DNA of 63,149 nt, the filler included, from Intoshia linei (lineage: Eukaryota > Animalia > Orthonectida), in NCBI GenBank assembly GCA_001642005.1. It is 6 parts of 6 records of this genome, joined end to end, with 100 filler letters (N's around TTAATTAATTAA, not from the genome) between each part and the next. Parts side by side here need not be neighbours in the genome. Positions count along the whole stretch, not along the records: positions 10,345 to 28,650 come from LWCA01000776.1; positions 28,751 to 33,537 come from LWCA01001872.1; 4 more parts are not named here. One strand, written 5' to 3'. The translations under genes were made by a program, and so were the position numbers. Under the pieces are notes generated by a model. It did no database searches, was not told where the DNA came from, and saw only the letters and a program-made list of their open reading frames with translations. Below, piece after piece: positions 16,847 through 31,139 of the stretch (position 1 is the first letter of the stretch; every line of letters starts with the position of its first letter).

Positions 16847-18295
16847 ATGATTGAAGAAGCAAAAATTAACGCAAACAATAATTTAGTAAACGTATACAGT
16901 TATGAAAAATGGTGTGACAAAATTTCTAAAAAATATTCAACGTTATCAAAGTACAATTACAATAAATATTACAAATATTTCAAAATGAGTTTAAAATCAA
17001 TTGATTTTAGAATGTTGGATGTTTGCGATTCAAGTAAATTGTGTAACTATATATCATTATACGAAGGTTGTGGAGATGATCATTTTCAGGGACGGTACAT
17101 AATTCCGTATAAAATGAACAGTACTATATATTTATATGAAAAATTATCTAAAGACAAAAAATTATTTTTGAATCATACTAAATATATTATACCTCAAAAA
17201 ATAAAATATACATTAAAAATAAGAGAATTGAACTGTAAGGGTTTCAATGCTTTGCCTAATGTTGACTTTAAATCAAAATTTAAACCAAATTCCGACGATT
17301 GTGTGTATACTAGAATGTTGGAAAAATACAACAATGCGAGACCGTACAAAAAATATAAAAACAAATCTTTTAGAAATAGAAACAAAACTAGTATAAACAC
17401 TTCAGATGTTTATTCTGATGCCACTTGTGGTTCCATATCAGTTAAGTCAAATTGCAGTGTACCCATTATGAACGAAAACAGTTTGTACAAATTGAAAACT
17501 ATTGGTATTCGACTCAACATTGTTGTGATTATGGAAAATTATCGAGTTACTACTCCAGTTTTTCACATAGTCAACACAATCACTAAAACCTGTATTGCTC
17601 GTTTGAATAGCGCATATACATCAACCTCATTGAATTATACGTGTATAATTTCACAAAATCTACAGGACTACATAATTCGGCCAACCAATGTAAAAAGCAA
17701 AAGTATGTTGTATTATTCTCATCCAAGCCCTCAATTAGGTACAATCGATGACAACCCCATAATAAAATACATTCATCAGCATGGACCAATCACATTTGAT
17801 AATTCTATCTCAAACGAATCCGTTATTCTCATTTTAGATCCAAAAACTAAAATTTTAAGGCGAACAAAAATTGAAAATATTTTAAACCAAAAGGATTGTT
17901 TTAGTGGTACAATTAATAGCGTTAATAAATACTTTCACAACATATCAGAATCTGAAATTAATGATTCTGTCGATCTCAATGACATTTGTAGTATTATCAA
18001 TGAAAAAACATACATTTCAAATATTAGATCTAGTCCTACTGGACGATTTATAGCCATAAGGATTTTATATCCAATTTTATGCCCTCAGCCAAATGTTAAT
18101 TATATTGCTATATTGGATTCTCTCAGATTACAAATGCTTTATCTTATTGATTGTTCAGGATCATCATGGCCCATTTCAGATGATGTAAATTTAAAAATGT
18201 TTCCAATTTTCGTAGAAAATGATAATTATTTAATTACAATGTATCACAAATTTTCAAGTCGCAAAGTCAAAATTTTCAAATTACCTGTTAAATAA
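16847..18295 (+). CDS. Uncharacterised 482-aa ORF (may be one large exon of a longer gene)
   Basis: 1449-nt open frame in about 75% AT DNA is unlikely by chance; no family recognised. Confidence 0.7.
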   Translation: MIEEAKINANNNLVNVYSYEKWCDKISKKYSTLSKYNYNKYYKYFKMSLKSIDFRMLDVCDSSKLCNYISLYEGCGDDHFQGRYIIPYKMNSTIYLYEKLSKDKKLFLNHTKYIIPQKIKYTLKIRELNCKGFNALPNVDFKSKFKPNSDDCVYTRMLEKYNNARPYKKYKNKSFRNRNKTSINTSDVYSDATCGSISVKSNCSVPIMNENSLYKLKTIGIRLNIVVIMENYRVTTPVFHIVNTITKTCIARLNSAYTSTSLNYTCIISQNLQDYIIRPTNVKSKSMLYYSHPSPQLGTIDDNPIIKYIHQHGPITFDNSISNESVILILDPKTKILRRTKIENILNQKDCFSGTINSVNKYFHNISESEINDSVDLNDICSIINEKTYISNIRSSPTGRFIAIRILYPILCPQPNVNYIAILDSLRLQMLYLIDCSGSSWPISDDVNLKMFPIFVENDNYLITMYHKFSSRKVKIFKLPVK

Positions 18296-18375
18296 AATTA
18301 TCCCATTTTCTTGTTTATGTGCTTCTAAATTTTATTCATTATAGTAGTTGTTGAATCAATAATGTTGATATAGAG

Positions 18376-19210
18376 CAGTGGTTGGCAAACTTAGTGATAT
18401 TTAGGCCGCATTGACCACGTATCATTATGTCGCGGGTCGCACAAATTTCGTGAATACACATGAAACAATTTAAATTGATGAAATTCTATTTTGGCTTGTA
18501 AATTTGATTGTTTTTTTGAAATATTAAAATGTCAAAATTCTATTTGAATAATTAACAATTATTATTATTGGAGCGCATTTTAATTATTAATTGTGTTTAC
18601 TATTAAGTTTCAAAATAGTACGTATTTATAATTATATCTATGCAACCAAAAATTAGCCTAGTATTGATAAATAATACTTTAATCGATTTAGTAATTGCTA
18701 AAATTTTGAAAAAATATTTAATTTATTTCTCCTATTTACATTATTATTAAATTACATTTATGCGTAATTTTTAATTTTTGACTAAAATGCATTAGTTTTA
18801 TTCAGATTTCCGTTTTAACACTAAAAATATACTCTCAATATTTGATACATTTATGTATAATATTTCAATTCAATAAGGGTTGGAGTAGAAACATTTTATC
18901 TAATACACAAAAACTGAAATAATCTGAAAAAGATATAATAATTTAATTTTTGATATAATCAACCAAAAAAATTAATTTCCATATCATTTTCCTCAGTTTA
19001 ATTCAATTAAAAATACTCAATTTTTGTACTGAATAATGAGGTTGAGATAGGAACATTCAATCTAATGTGTAAAAACTGAAATATTCTTCTTTACAACTAT
19101 ATATTTTACTAGCTTGACTGTTACGTACTACGTAAAAACAGCACCTAGCTCTGCCGAGAGCACATTTTTATAAAAAAATAATCCCGCGGGCCATAGTTTC
19201 ACGAAAGCTG
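18376..19210. mobile_element. hAT (Charlie-like) MITE containing a Helitron tail
   Basis: CAGTGGTTGGCAAACT start and CCGCGGGCCATAGTTT...CTG end; TSD not convincing. Confidence 0.5.
19109..19165 (-). mobile_element. Helitron-like 3' terminus (reverse orientation)
   Basis: Reverse complement of the CTCGGCAGAGCTAGGTGCTG...CAGTCAAGCTAG family tail. Confidence 0.75.
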
Positions 19211-21304
19211 TATATTATAGAACACCCTCTTGCCTAAAATCACTGTCTACACAATGTGTGTTATATACTTCATATGCAGTAAATTGTAGTTGGAAAATAT
19301 AGAAATGCTAACAAATTTCAAATGTTACCACATGCATAATAATGGTCAACTATGGCTTTATTTTCGTATTTATTTTAAACAACTTGTTCATTTATTTATT
19401 TTATCGATGTTTATTGTAGTTTTTATTTTATATAAATTATCATTTTTCATATACAAAAATTTTTACTAACAAAAATAAATGAAGTATAATTGAATTAAAC
19501 ATGCAAAGTGAACAACCAATACAAGTATAGCAACACATTCGATAGTAACATGCAATTCAATAAAGTTATATTTTAGTTTTTGTAAAACATTTTTGTATGA
19601 AATGTTTAAAATGGCAAGCGTCTCCTCAAAAAATTCTCCAAAATCATTTTTTTCAGTGTAACCATAAAACTCTCATACTCGACTATATCTGTTCCTGCAC
19701 CATAAAAATTACTAAAATTCACACTTCTAGTGTGTATGTTGATCGTTGTTGGGGTTATATTATATATACCAAACTATATCATGAAAATTGTTTCAATTAA
19801 AAGGTGTTAACATTAGGAGTTTTTGTTTTATTCCAACGAGTACTACATAAAAACTTTCAATAAATAGTCACTTTTAGCAGTAACTAATTATAAAATGTAC
19901 CTTTAAAGCAATGGCCATCATTTGACCGTATTCACTTTCTAATTTTTCATAATATTTCAACGATAAGCTTACATCACATTGTATATCTAATATATTCGTT
20001 ATACTGTATAATATAAATGTAATCTTTCATATCATTTTGTAGTTTCATTCACAAAGAAATTAATTAAAAATAAAGTAATATAATGTAAAGAAAAGTCAAG
20101 GTAGAAACTTTTCAAAAAATTACTACAATTTCTTTCTAAGAAATTAAAATTTTACTATCTAAATGAAATATGTTACATGTTGATGCACTCAGAGTTGCGG
20201 ATAAGGGTAGACAGGGATTGGAATTAATTAATTGCAACCAATTTAATTGCAATTAATTGAAAAATGAAAAAATATTTTCCAATTAATGGCTTTATGAAAA
20301 ATAAAAAACTTCAATTAATTGAAGATTGATATTATATATCAATGATAACAATATCATAATCAGTTTTACAAAACTGTCATGTAGTTATAATGAATACTAG
20401 GATGCTGTTTGTTCGTTCCTATAAATAAAATTGTTTCTAGAAATAAATAAAGCATGGTGGAACTGTGATACGCTACAACGAGTGTTGACAGTGTCAACTT
20501 GACACTTTAATATTGTATTATTATAAATTATAGTGTATAATTATTAATTTAATTTTTAAACTACATAAAAAAAAACTAATTAATTTTTTCATCCAACCAT
20601 TCGTCAATAAAAGGATTCAATTTATATTTTTTCGGTTATATGAAAAAAACCAATTAATTGAAAATTATTTTTTCATTTCTCAATTAATTGAAAAATTAAT
20701 ATTTAGCAAACAATTAATTGGTTTATACAAAATAATTAATTGCAATCAATCAAAATTTTAAAAAATAAGAATAGTTTCTACAGCATCTCTAAAATTAATT
20801 CTAGCACCCCTAGGGGTGCTAGTACCCCCTGTTAAGTAACGTGTGATAGAGTAAGAATTCGAAAAGATTTTAAAAAAAATGTCAAAACTAAAAAGAGGCC
20901 ATTTGAATTACAATTTGGAGCTGACATATACTTGATTATTAAGAAAAATGTAAACAGATATGTACTCAAAAACGAATTATATAATTCACAAATTACGGTA
21001 GATAATACTAGAATTAAATTGTATTTATCATTGTAGATTCGAAATTTTTTGTATTTCGTTTTCACTCTACAAAGCGTTATTAAAGTCGAGATATTTTATA
21101 TTATGTCTCTATACACCTTCAGATAAAGATAAATTGTTAAAATATATTTTATGTAAACCAAAACGTAATACATTTAAACTACAAATTTTAACGATAAAAT
21201 TAGTCGTATAAACCCCAGTTAAGAATGATAAACTGCAAAACCAACTAATATTACAAAATAAAAGCATTTTCTGATGTAAACACCATTACTATTAATAAAC
21301 TACT

Positions 21305-24300
21305 AATTAAAGTATTTTTTGTAAATGTTTAATTTCTCAATAGAGTTTTTTAGAAAAAAATTGACACTGAGTTTTTTTCAAATTTTTTGAACCTGATATA
21401 ATTTTTAATTTAAAGATTCGTAGTGAAAAACATATTTTAGAATTGTCTTAAAAATATTGGATTAAATTATTATTGCCTTCCTAAGGAATTAAACGTTTCC
21501 CAACCTTTTCACTCGGGATAACCGCTTACAGATTTTGATTTATAAGTGAGAAAGTATGACTAATACATTGTTTCATTTTATAAAATTGACCTGTATATTC
21601 AAAATTGCATTTATATTTGGTAATACTCCTCAGATACATAATTTTTGCTTTTTGTGATAAATTTCCAACAATAAACGAATTTATCAAGATTCCTTCAATC
21701 ATTCTACTGGCTAATTCATAATTTTCAATCATAATCTAAATTAGATACAAAATTTTTAAATTATCGAAAAAATTACATATAATTCAATGGTTAATATTTT
21801 GGCTGCTAAAAATAATTTTTCCAATTTGAAAGAAATACAATATTTTATAAGAATATCAATAAAATGCATAATTTTTTCTTCATCTTGATTCGTATACAGT
21901 AACACTTTAATTTTAAGAATGAGGGCGCTAAAAATAACGAATGACTATAAATATTATTAATAAAATACTTTAAATAAATTTCTGGGAAACTAAAATGTAA
22001 ATAATTTTGGGATGGTTTTTTTAACATGTATGAATCAATTTGTTGGTTTTTTTCAATTTCATCAATAATCTTATCAGCAAGTTTTAAAGATTGCTTATAA
22101 TTGCCACTTTTTAATTCGATTTCACACAATCTAAATTAATCCAAATAATAAACTGTCCGAACCAATACCGTACTAACCTTAATTTAGACATGAATGCATT
22201 AAAAGGGTATAAAAACTGAGTGGCAACGTTTTCAGCTTCAGTAAATTGCCTTCTATGAATATATTGAGTGCAAAGATAATTATTCCTGTAAAATGCTACA
22301 ATTTTATGATATTCACTTAATTTAGGAAAAGATTGGCAAGTTTTTTCAATAATATGATTTGATGCATCATAATCTCCCTAATTTAAAATTAAAACAACAT
22401 TATATCAGCCATGTCATGAAAAATACACTGTACCCAAGTCCTCGGAAAATGTTTTTTAAAATTAAAATATATTACCTGTTCAAAATATACATTCGAAAGA
22501 TAGCATAATGATAAACAATTATTTTTATTAGACGGCCAATATTCATTATTAATTGGACACTGAGTTGATAAAAAAGATTCAAAACAAATTTTAGATAAAC
22601 ATCTAAATTAGAAAAATTATATAAATTTAAAACAAATTACGATAAACCAAAAATTTGCCAAAAAAATCCTTCTGTAATATGATAATTTAAATTGCAATTA
22701 ATGGGCTCATCATTTGCGCAGAGAGAAAACAATCTAATAATTTGATTTAAGGATTTTGTAAGTCTAAAATATAGTCATTAAAATTGTTGACATTTTAGTC
22801 ATATTATATAACGAGGGCAAAAAAAGCGTGGCATGTTAGTTACATATTCATTTTTAATGGTAAAACAAGAATTTAATTGTTTTTTAAATTTTGATTCACG
22901 AGCCCGGAAAATATACATAACAATTACTCTATAATATTTCTTTCAGATATGCATGAATTTAATTGTTCAAATAAATACGTAGTTCGCACCATTAGCATAT
23001 TTATCAACTATATTTTAAATAAAAATATACGCTATCAAATTAAAAAATAACGTAATCATCATAGCAGAACTCCTTAACATTTTTAAAATTAATTATATCA
23101 TCAAGATCGGATTTGTCATCAGGGTTCAAGAGATATTTATAATACTAAAATAAGTATAAAATATTGTAGATCTATAGCAGTGGTTACCGATTCAAATAAT
23201 GTACAAACTCCCATTTCAAAATATTATTTTTTTGGACTAAAAATTAAAGGTTTTGTCTCATAAGTTTTGCTAGAATCGTGTTTATTAAAAAATTATTGAT
23301 AAAAATAGATAATTCTATTATGGGTTGGTAAAATTGTATTTTTTATTTTCTGTTTTGGTCCAAAACCGAAAACTTTTGGATTAAGAAGTTGTTGTCATAA
23401 TATTTGGTAAAATCGGATTTTTCAAAAAAATATCAATAAAAGTCGATTTTTTCCTGAGGGTTTGAAATGGTACTTTTTATAAAATTTTATTAATATTATT
23501 AAATTATATTAATGGTGGGAAAAAATGGGATTTTTGAAATAATAATGTAGCGATGGCCTAGGCTTTGGGATAAATTTTAAACAACTGACAAATCTGTAAT
23601 AAACATTAAAGATTCTCCTATAAAAATAAACAAAAGTTGATAAAAATGTTATATCTATTTTATTTAAATCTCTGACCCCAATGGGCAACCTACAGAGAGT
23701 ACGTCTCCCAAGATTTACATCTTATGGATCCAGATTTTAATAAACGTAGAACTCAAAAAGGTTTAATTGACATAATTATCAAAGTGAAAATACTACATTG
23801 TATTAAGTACTATACATTACATAGTGGATTGCAGTGGTCGCAAAAGAGTCACACCTGAAGGAGTAAAATAATTTCCAATTATCTCGCGACACCCATTTTG
23901 ACGAACACTGAATTATCATACATATGGGAGAAAACTACGACCTTCAAATATGTTGGTGTGACTAACGACATCATCTTAAAAATATTAATATATAAATAAT
24001 ATATAATATTAATGGTAAAAATTATTCACCAAAAAAAGCAATTTTAAGGAATCACTAAGAATAGACGACAAAAACAAGAGGAATATTGAACAATATAATA
24101 AACACAACAATTTTCTAATACATTATTATTATTTTCTTAATGGCACAATTTCTCAATAAAAGAAACTCAAAAACTGAAGATTGTCTCAAAATGGGGTTAT
24201 AATTTAAAAAATTATTAAAACCATGCAAGTATGATCAAATTCTGAGAAATTGCTAGATTGTGAATTGTACATTGATTCTCGTATTTGAACGTGTGCTTGA

Positions 24301-25960
24301 TCTCTAAATGATATATAATAACTTTATAAACAAACAAACATGTATCCGAAACGTTGATAAAGCATTGCACAATAAAATGAACCCCTTCGAGCAGCATCAG
24401 ATTTGAAATATTCAGTCTTATCGTTGAATTTAATTAAATTAAAATCGATATATTTATGAACAAATTCTACGCTTTTGGAATAATTTTTCGATTTCAAATT
24501 ACTTAAAAATGAAACCAAGTCCTAAAAATAACAAACAAATGAAAACAATATAAAAAAATATTAGTAAACCACTTCCGGTATGTGAAAATAATTTTCCACT
24601 TGAGATTTAAAATTTTTTGATATTAAATTTTTTTCAGCTTGCATATCTAATTTTTCTATTCTTTCAATCTAGAAAAATGGCAATTTTATTGTAATAAATA
24701 ATGTAAATAAGCAAAAATCGTTTTCAACCTTTTTCAATAATCGCCCCTTTAAAATATCTATTTAATTCGATATAGGCAACATTCCAACTCTAGCTCACTG
24801 CATTTTAATCTTACAATTTTATTTAGCTTCTTGTAATTTCAAATTGTAATTTTCAAACTTTGATAATTACATAGTTAATTATATATTGTTATATTATAAA
24901 TTATAGTATAACAGTAATGTTGGAAATAAGCAAAAAATGTCTTGATTGAGTTTGAATGTCTTACATTGAATGAACTTCAATGATTGAAGGCATCACCAAA
25001 ACGTCTCATTTTAGATAAAAAACTAAAGGCATATTTCAAACTGTAAAAATTGTATCATATGCAACATTATTGAAAAGTCGGATCAATGGACGCTCATTCA
25101 CCGTTGAGAATCACAATTCTACTTTCAGGTGTCTACTAGTGACGTTTCGTAGGTAGATGATCAAGATAGGACTATGTCGCATTTTTTGATTCATTCTCCT
25201 TAGGTATTCTTTTTCAAATCATTGTATCCTTTATACTCACATATTCTTATGTGACTGTGGAAACATTATCAAGTGGTTTTTAACCTTTTTTCAATAAAAA
25301 AGTAGTATTATACAATTTAATATTTCGAGCATAACTGAGAGTGGATAAATATTAACGGATTTCTAGATTTTTTTGATAAATTCTTATAATTAAGACATTC
25401 ACGTACAAAATAGCCTTTTCTAACAGAAAAAGACGACACCCTATTGTATGTATTAACGATAAGAATTAAGTACAACTAAATTAATATCGTTGTGCAATTC
25501 AACAATTGAGTGTGCTCCAAGTATGTCTAATCTAAACTAAAATAATTTATATACATAAATAAAAACCGGGCTTCGGATATTTTATAATAATTCGAAGCGG
25601 CATTGTAATAGACTAGAAAATTATATTCTAAATGTTTCATTTCGTCGAAATCCAAGTTTTTTAATTTATAATACAACACGGTAATAAAAATTCCTATTTA
25701 AATAAATACATTTAATAATTTCAAAAAACAAAAAATTTTACCAAATATCGACATATAAGGAAATGGAAGCTGCGCATTGAGGCAACTAATAATGGAATCA
25801 GTTGAACATTTTTTCAAAATTACAAAATCTTTTAAACTAAAAAAATTGATTAACAAATGTAACCTAAACTAAACAAGCGACAGTTCTTATAATTCCAAGA
25901 AAATCAATAAAAAAATAAAAGGTAATAAAATACGACAAAAAAATGATGATAATTATCATA
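21305..25960 (-). CDS. ANAPC5: Probable anaphase-promoting complex subunit 5, divergent (multi-exon; ends approximate)
   Basis: Exons SIFG|IFITVLYYKLKNLDFDEM (compare APC5 GLFLR..YSKLSFSQV) and SVEFVHKYIDF...RRGSFYCAMLYQRFG (compare LHRYFD...YAALNLAALHCRFG), followed by TPR-like helical exons. Confidence 0.55.
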
Positions 25961-26702
25961 AAAAATGGGAAATTACATCAAATTTTAAATTATTGGATTA
26001 ACAATTAATTGTAAATTAAAATTTGATGTAAATAATGTTTAATTAATTAATGTGAAGGGTCATTGGATGGATTCAATTAATTTGTCAAAATTAAAGGATA
26101 GTTTTTTGCAAGCTTCAAACGTAAATCATAACGTTTTTATACATTGTGGCATGTTAAATGTTTCCTAAGAGATAATAACATGGCTGAATCCATCTTCTAC
26201 CACAGTGGTTTTCTACCTTTTTGTGTTCGCGACCCCCTTATAAACATAAAAAATTTTCTATATACTTCAAATAAATAAAATTATTAAAAAAGTACATTCA
26301 GTTTTATTTATATTTCATACTATGCTCAGCACAATGTATTATAATAACGAAATTTATTTATTTATTTTTGTGAAATTTGAGGTTGCATTTTAGCTACAAT
26401 TATTGCTATCCTGGGCAGTGTATGCAATAAGGCGAACCTCATATTATCTTTAACATTCAATATGTTTATTGACTTTGTTTTTATATGAACAAGCGTATAA
26501 AATAGTGCCAAATAATAAAATAAAATAACAAGTGTAGTTCTCAAACTCTTACGGCTGAAACAACCCTTCATATTGTCATACATTTCATAATGTTTATTAC
26601 ATGTATTTCATAATTCACGAAATAATCATAAATTTGACAACTTTATTGTACAAATATAAGTTTATTAAAAATGAAAAATTCCCAAAAACAATAATTTGAA
26701 CC

Positions 26703-27664
26703 ATGAATTCTATATTGGACCTTGAAACATGTCAATTTTCAGATTTAGAAATGGAAAAACTTGAAAAAGAAACAAACTTATTGTTAATTTCTAATTATGG
26801 AAATCAAGCTATAAGAAAATTAATGTCTACTTTACGGGATTTCTATTCATTCATAAAATCCATGAAAGTAATTTATTTTTTGATAAATCAATGATTTATT
26901 GTCTGGCTATAATTCTAATTTGGACAAATCATAAATCTAATAATCACATTAATTTTTAATCTTAAATCAGTGATTCCCAAACGGAAAATTTCATCATAAA
27001 TCATTAAAATACAATGTAATCGAATGGTTTATACATGAAGCATTCAAAAATTTCAAAAATCCAACCATTTTTACTAAAAATTAAAATTTACCAACGATTA
27101 AGGGAAAAATCCACTTTTTTTAGAAATTTATATTCTTATTTCCCTTTTAACCTGTGGTCATATGTTCAAATAATAAGGACCAAATTAGATTGTTTTTAAA
27201 TTTATTTAAAATGCAATTTCTTAGCCTCCATCCACTCCCTCTTCAGATGGAAACATGGAAGAACGTTTATTCAGTGTTTGCAGAAGCACCATATTAGTAA
27301 TTGAAAAAATATTTAAAGTGTTAAAACATTGCATGTTAAAATTGGAAAATTACAAAGATCCTCAGTCTTTAAATGTAAAAATAAAAACTTGAATCAATAA
27401 ATGTAACATCAAATTTAGTTGGATTTACCCACAAATATAAACGAACCACATAATTACACAGAAACTGCTTTAATAGACGAGTTGGAAGAAAATCAAAAAT
27501 TAAAAAAAGTAAATGATGCTATAATTATAGCAGCTATTTTATAGATGTATGTAATATTTTTAATGTAGACAATCAAAGTAATAAACAAAGAAATGAAAGA
27601 ATATATTGGGAAACTAGAAAAGTTGTCATTTGATTTAAATTGTACGATAGATATGATAAACTAG
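26703..27664 (+). CDS. MED30: Mediator complex subunit 30
   Basis: Four in-phase exons 26703-26867, 27225-27374, 27419-27508, 27569-27664; ETNLLLISNYGNQAIRKLM...SMKPP resembles EVNTASLCRIGQETVQDIV...NMQLP, and C-terminal LSFDLNCTIDMIN* resembles LIWDINAMLAMRN*. Confidence 0.8.
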
Positions 27665-27748
27665 AAATTTAGAAAAATTACCATTTAACAAATGTTTGAT
27701 TTATTTTTAGACTGATTTTTTTTATTTTATCCATCATTTCCATTATAT

Positions 27749-28368
27749 TCAAAGCATTCCCCTATTACAATGTAATTTGTTTATAAATGCAATAACTCTA
27801 ATAAATTCGTATAATAATAATATTGTTTTTCTAATGGACTCTTCCGATAGATTCGCACTATTTGACTTGCGTTCAATGTCTATAGCTGTATAATATGTGT
27901 ATATTGCAATGGAAAAGGGACTTGCAGGAGGGGCCATTCTATAAGGTTGACTTTTTTCGTTTATCTGATATTGAAAATTAATGTTTATATTCGATATGTA
28001 ATTTTTAATGTATGTTTGCAACCATTACCTCGATGTTTAAATTCTGCATCGATAGTGGATACATGGTTGCAAACATATTCAAATTAATTTAACAGCCCAG
28101 ATAGCCCAACCTGTCGATCGCATCAAAAATATATTTTGTTATAGGCTAATACTCATAGGGACTATATATGAGACAATTCAAATATATACCAACATTTTTG
28201 GTTGCGTTTCATTTAATTTTACATCGAAAACAGGTTTTGCTTCCTATAATATAGATTAAACTATTCAAATATGTATTTACCGCACGGTTAACAGCGATAG
28301 AATCGTTGTAACTATTTATATTAGGTAGATCATTTTCGTTTTCTGGTGCGTTCACTTGATTATTCATT
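27749..28368 (-). CDS. Hypothetical small multi-exon gene
   Basis: ATG-started exon MNNQVNAPENENDLPN...NRA followed by a GT-AG intron and EAKPVFDVKLNETQPKML; later exon phasing unresolved; no family recognised. Confidence 0.4.
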
Positions 28369-29259
28369 TTAAATTTTATTGTTACATTGGAAACATATTT
28401 TTTAGTAATTATTCACGCTGATACACTAATCGGTATTACCGTAATACCTGGTTATTATTTATAACCTATTAATCAAAAATTTATTACAGAAATATTTCTA
28501 TACAAGCACTAAGATGTGAATCGTTTATTTGTGTCAATTCCTAAAAGAGTTAAGATGAATAGGCTATTTCAAGACAAATTCAAAAAAATTAAATCATGTA
28601 CAGTAGTTTCTCGTTTATAAATACAAGAATATCTCGAATACAAGTTTATTNNNNNNNNNNNNNNNNNNNNNNNNNNNNNNNNNNNNNNNNNNNNTTAATT
28701 AATTAANNNNNNNNNNNNNNNNNNNNNNNNNNNNNNNNNNNNNNNNNNNNGACTTCATCCCAATTAGGTTTTGTTTTATTTCTATTTACGTTTTTTATTA
28801 ACTTTTTGTAACTAACGATAATTTTTTTCAGTTTTAAGTTGATCAATCCTAAACTGACAAATTCCAATGAAAAACGAGTCCATAAATCATTAATTTCTTT
28901 CGCCAATATATTTAAAATAATAGTCTTAGAAACTCCCGAATTTACCATAATGAGGGTGATATCTTTCAAGCACCTTATTCTTAGATGGTAATCTTGTCAT
29001 TTCATTTAAATTCTTATCGATTAGGCTACTGTAAACTCTTTTTTTCTTAATTGCATGTACTTATGTAATTTAATTGATTTGATAGATTTAAGATTTTATT
29101 TTTATTACAATTTAAAGATATTATATAAACTTTAATTTTTTTGCGCGAGGGTTACGTCAATAATTGGAGTCTGAAATTTTACATACTTGTAGAGAATTCA
29201 AAATGAATTCATATGGCAAAAATACTTTTTTTTTAGTTAACTAGGTTAACACCCTAATA

Positions 29260-29600
29260 CACACATTCTGTCTAATAATTTAAAAAAATGGGACATTTTT
29301 TGTTTTTAAAATTCTTTAATCAAATTTCAAAACATAATTAAGATGGAATAATTAACTTTGAAGTAAAAAGTAATGTTATATGAAGGTTTCACTTGAAACA
29401 AGTTTAGGAACAACTCTTTTGAAGGATTGATAATAGTGAATAGTAGAATTTTTAAGTTAGATTTTCAACGTGAATGGGATTGATAATAGTGAATAGTAGA
29501 ATTTTTAAGTTAGATTTTCAACGTGAATTTTTTGGTAAATAAAACTGTGCCCTCGGCAGAGCTAGGTGCGGTTTGTATGTAATACATAACAGCAACCTAG
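29260..29600 (+). mobile_element. Helitron-like 3' segment with internal ~55-bp tandem duplication
   Basis: Shared with 31245-31540; ends CAACCTAG|T; GGATTGATAATAGTGAATAG...CAACGTGAAT occurs twice (about 29423-29528). Confidence 0.7.
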
Positions 29601-31139
29601 TTTGTTTATAAAATGCAAATTTATTTAATATCTAACCATTGACTTCAGAGCTCAACCTATTATACCTTGTGACTTATTGTATATCACAAATAGGGCCTAG
29701 AAATTTATTAAAAGATTTGGACTTTACAGTTTATTTGAGACACAAAACAGTTGAATGACATAAACAATAATTTTTAATAAAAAAATTTGGGAAAATGACA
29801 TTTTTTCGATTACGGTTGTTTCTATTTTACATTTAGTTATCACTTTTAGAGGTAACATTAATTTACATTAGTATAGTTTTGTTATAGCATTTAAAAAAGT
29901 GGTCACTTTTCGAGCGTGTACTATATTAATAAATTAATGAAAATATACGAAAACATGTTTGTCCATTTGAATAAAAGCCATTTTGGCACTGGATACACTT
30001 ATTATCGTAGCATATTTTGCAGGGAATTTCAGGATTATCACATTCTACAAATATAAAATATAACTAAAACTATTGATTGTTGATGAAGTGTATTTTGAAA
30101 CGAATAATTTACATTTAAATTGTATATTATTTATGTTCAAGTACAATAAATGCATAATTATTTAATTCATTATTTAAAGATATAAAAAATATTAATTAAT
30201 TATTTGATCATGATTATTATTATATTTTGAATTATTATACCAAATATCTTTTACTCATAGAAAGCAGTTACTGAATCAATTACATCTCATGAAATTACTA
30301 CAGGTATATACACAATTTTATTTTTTATATTATTTTTATTTTACCCAAAATTTATGTTTTATAAAATTTTAAGATTTCAATTTTTAAAACATAGAGTAAT
30401 TTATGGTTTTGATCATGGATGTATGCGTTTCTGCGCCTGAGATTTACGAAAATATTAATGACTTTAAAACGCGTCCCAGAACGTATGTTTTATTAAATTT
30501 TTGGGCTGATTTATTTTTATAAGAAAGGGAAAATGTGTTTATGTCCCTGAAGCGTTCAAATTGGGAAATTGAAAAATAAAAATAAACACGCTCTGGGAAA
30601 AACTGTATTATAAATTGTGTTTTTTTTTAAATTCCATCAATGTCAATTTTTTAAATAAACAGTAACACAGGAACACACAAACACACACCCATACATTTAA
30701 TTTTATATAAGTTCAGGATATTTTACTTAATAAGCATTTTCTTCCGTCTTTAGTTAAGTGAAGAGATTTATCACATATATCACATTTATTTGTATGGCTG
30801 TGACAGAATCTGCAGTCCTTTACTATTTCGTGACATACTACATTTTGTTTTAATTTAATTTATAATTTTATTATATCAAATTATTAATATTTAAATTAAA
30901 TAAAACATTGACTATATTATATTCTATAATATAGATTATATCAGTGGTTCTTAAAAAAAGGGGGTTTACTATTTTGAAAGAGGAAATTTTAAATTTAAAA
31001 AATAAATTAAGTAAACATTTTATAAACCTAAGTTGTTATCATTTCGAAATGAAGAAAAAAGGTTCAGTTATTATTATTTATATTATCATTTAATTAACAC
31101 GTTTTTATACCTAAATATTAATAATTTTTAAAAAACGAC

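Noticed and set aside
19221-19340. Possible SOCS-box-like last exon (TPSCLKSLSTQCV) for the 482-aa ORF
   Set aside because: The available donor near 18287 is phase 0 and gives a different frame; the motif match is weak
24960-25260. Possible ISXO2/Merlin C-terminal remnant in the ANAPC5 intron
   Set aside because: Only fragmentary resemblance (YKGYNDL, RRFGDAF); too weak to call
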